From IMG/VR virus record IMGVR_UViG_3300027906_002908, positions 1 through 28,820 of that record: 28,820 nucleotides of DNA, one strand, 5' to 3'. A program made the translations under genes and the position numbers. The notes beneath the pieces were generated by a model, which did no database searches, was not told the DNA's origin, and saw nothing but the letters and a program-made list of their open reading frames with translations. Origin of the DNA: a virus. Lineage: Duplodnaviria > Caudoviricetes. This document shows, piece by piece, positions 28,337-28,820 of this stretch (position 1 is the first letter of the stretch; each line of letters opens with the position of its first letter).

Positions 28337-28819
28337 TTATACGAAAAAATCGTAATACCCATTTAAGTATGCAACATTGTCTTTTTCACACTTGTTGCAT
28401 TTATATTCGACATGGTTTTCTATTACTGGCATTGACTCAAAAAAGTTTTTAATGTGTGCAAACTGTTCTGAAGTTAGGTTGTCAATGAAATCACTTCTTT
28501 CCTCTTCCTTCAGTTCGTTAAATTCAATGATTGCATCTCCATAGAAAACAGTTTCTATACAAGTTTCAGCGACTTTGTAAATGTCACTTTCTGTCTCTGA
28601 ATGTCCCAGAGCAGTAAGTTCTTTAGCATTTGGATATCTCATTTTTACTGATATGTCCTCAGCAATTTTAAAGTCCATCGCGTGTCCTTCTGTTTCATGA
28701 AGCTTAAAAGTATCCAATGATATTTGAACATCTATTGGTGCTTCACAATGTCCACATAGTAACCTTATGTCTACTGTGTCTGATACTGAGACCTTCCTTA
28801 ATTCCAAAAAGATTTTTTG
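28337..28819 (-). CDS. gp26: T4-like baseplate hub subunit gp26, 5'-truncated by window edge
   Basis: FLELRKVSV, CGHC, VKMRYP, FIDNLT..QF..I..FFESMP, CNKC, G..DFF; frame open to the window end. Confidence 0.85.
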   Translation of the reverse strand, partial: QKIFLELRKVSVSDTVDIRLLCGHCEAPIDVQISLDTFKLHETEGHAMDFKIAEDISVKMRYPNAKELTALGHSETESDIYKVAETCIETVFYGDAIIEFNELKEEERSDFIDNLTSEQFAHIKNFFESMPVIENHVEYKCNKCEKDNVAYLNGYYDFFV

Positions 28820-28820
28820 C

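Overview
AT-rich fragment of a large T4-like (myovirus) phage genome, probably infecting a proteobacterium (inferred from an alphaproteobacterial-style tmRNA and a TorF-type porin). Positions 1-18.6 kb form a tightly coupled + strand enzyme cluster: seven near-tandem radical SAM enzymes with N-terminal twitch/SPASM-like Cys motifs, two UDP-sugar dehydrogenases, two glycosyltransferase-like proteins, three SGNH-like proteins, a 2OG-Fe(II)/cupin oxygenase and a NodU/CmcH carbamoyltransferase. Next come a porin, PhoH, a PD-(D/E)xK exonuclease and a circularly permuted (two-piece) tmRNA whose 120-nt intervening segment is almost exactly filled by an unannotated SD-led 34-codon membrane-peptide ORF. 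These are followed by a cell wall hydrolase, an epimerase, T4 core genes gp33, gp59 and gp32, and a B12-type radical SAM. On the - strand lie gp26, gp51 and a tape-measure-like gene, with a likely -1 frameshift joining gp26 to gp51. All calls come from motif recognition by eye; no searches were run.
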